Part shown: in pieces, positions 62,466 through 64,000 of the stretch
Layout of the letters: the number at the start of each line of letters is the position of its first letter
Position numbering within the stretch: position 1 is the stretch's first letter
Assembly (NCBI GenBank): GCA_028534125.1
Contig: CM052816.1
Coordinates: forward strand, 46,068,001-46,132,000
Length of the DNA stretch: 64,000 nucleotides
Origin: Lama glama
Lineage: Eukaryota
Direction of reading: 5' to 3'
The notes under the pieces: generated by a model
What the model was told of the DNA's origin: nothing
Seen by the model: the letters and a program-made list of their open reading frames with translations, nothing else
The model's database searches: none
Position numbers and translations under genes: made by a program

Positions 62466-64000
62466 TAATGGAAATAATTTCTCACATCAGAGATCAGATG
62501 CAGGGTCTGGGGATTTATTCATGGTTAGGACATTTTGAAGTGCCAACTCTATTTTGCTTTTCCTCCCTACTAAGAAAACTTGTTGGAGACTTTCTTCTAA
62601 CATTTTGAGATCATATAATGTGACACAAGAGACTAAGATAGGAAAACCAGATGGAATTGTGTTTATTTTTTTCTTATAGGGATTAAGGTAAATTGGTACA
62701 TAGAAAAAGCAGACCAAAACTAGTAAACTCAGATTCTAAGTGTCACTCAACAGAAAATAATGTTGACAATCAAAAATTGAAAAATATATTTCTACCTCAA
62801 AATACTGTCTCAGGAATAACTTTACTGTATAATGTTTCATGTGACAGCTTCCACTCAGAAGTTAGTCTTTGGAGTCACAATTTTGGAAGCATTTCTTTGA
62901 TGAGTATTATAGTCACAGTAATTGAAGTGAAAATATTGTTTAATGGCAACCATCTCTCTTAACACCATAAAAACACATAAAAATGGTATATTAGACCAGT
63001 GCAGAAGCAAAGAAATATAAAATCTAAATTATTTCTGTCTTTTGCACACAAGCAATTTTTAAGAGCTGGAAATTAGTATTTCAAAGCCTTAGTTTTTGTT
63101 GTTGCTGCTTTTATTTCTGTATTGGTAGGTTTTGAATATTGAGACTATCATTTTATTTTAAAATTGATTTGGCTTAAGGTTAAAGGTAATATATTTTTCC
63201 TTCTACTTTTACAATGCTTAAGTTGTCACACCTAGCAACAAGAGCATTGCTGGTATTTTTTGGTGGATAATATTAGTCAACCAAAGCAGAAGTGGCAGAA
63301 GCATTCCAGCCCAGAAAATTCCCAAGAAGAGGCTAAATTATGAGGAATCTATATCTAAAATTACATTAGTGTTCTCCAACTACAGGAAACTTGCTAATAG
63401 TGATGTTCATTAATTTTATCTCCTTTGGTTCATTAATTTTATGTTGTTGACTGTGAAAATGACACTGTGCTTCCAGCCTGAAGATTATAAGTCTTCCTTT
63501 GCAATTTTTTTCATTATCACACTGGTCCAAATTAGATTAAACTACATTCATGGCATATGAGCAAAACTGAGTAAATAAAGTTTGTATTTTATGAATGAAC
63601 CAAAAGGATTACCGATTAAAGAGAACAAGACACTAAAAATTCTTCTATGGGAAAATATGTTGCCCTTTTCTTAATGAGGCTGCAACCAGGGGCAACAAGA
63701 CTTATGTCTGATAACAATCACATTCAGATCAAATGAGATTGTGCAAACATAAAACCATAGTAATATGATCCTGTTTTATGCACCAAGAGATTGGGTTAGG
63801 GCAAGATAGACAAATCATTAGTCAAGAGCATATTTTGCTAAAGATCGAGATCTTTGGGGCACACAGTATCATTTTCTTCATGTCCTTTCCAAGCCTGTGT
63901 CTATCTATGGAGGAAAAATGGATATCTCCCCGCTAAGACAATGACAGAAATAGGCTGTGGCTATGCGTCTGTGTCCAATCAGCAGCAACATGCATAGTAA

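Noticed and set aside
1..64000. tRNA, rRNA, snRNA genes, CRISPR arrays, processed pseudogenes or foreign/prokaryotic inserts
   Set aside because: None recognised by eye; composition and repeats are uniformly mammalian. tRNAscan-SE, Infernal/Rfam and BLASTx would be needed to exclude diverged copies.

Overview
AT-rich, CpG-depleted placental mammal genomic DNA, intronic or intergenic in character. It is dominated by old and young interspersed repeats: L1, L2, CR1/L3, MIR, MaLR/MLT1 LTRs, a MER67-like LTR, Tigger1, Tigger3 and hAT MITEs. The young L1 3' ends, together with the absence of Alu, B1/B2, SINEC, Bov-tA/BovB and PRE-1, suggest a camelid-like laurasiatherian (inference). No ORF in the supplied track looks like a real host gene: the protein-like ones are L1 ORF2 or Tigger1 transposase debris. 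I could not name a gene. Best leads: (1) a chain of small + strand candidate exons (5149-5182, 8327-8389, 15437-15552) that splice into one open frame; (2) a CpG-retaining patch with a strong CTCF-like motif at ~2.8-3.0 kb just upstream of that chain; (3) a ~770 bp L1 with both ends but two large internal deletions (61699-62465). I found no convincing novel biological system. Repeat family names come from recall of consensus sequences, and most boundaries are approximate unless a TSD or TIR is quoted.
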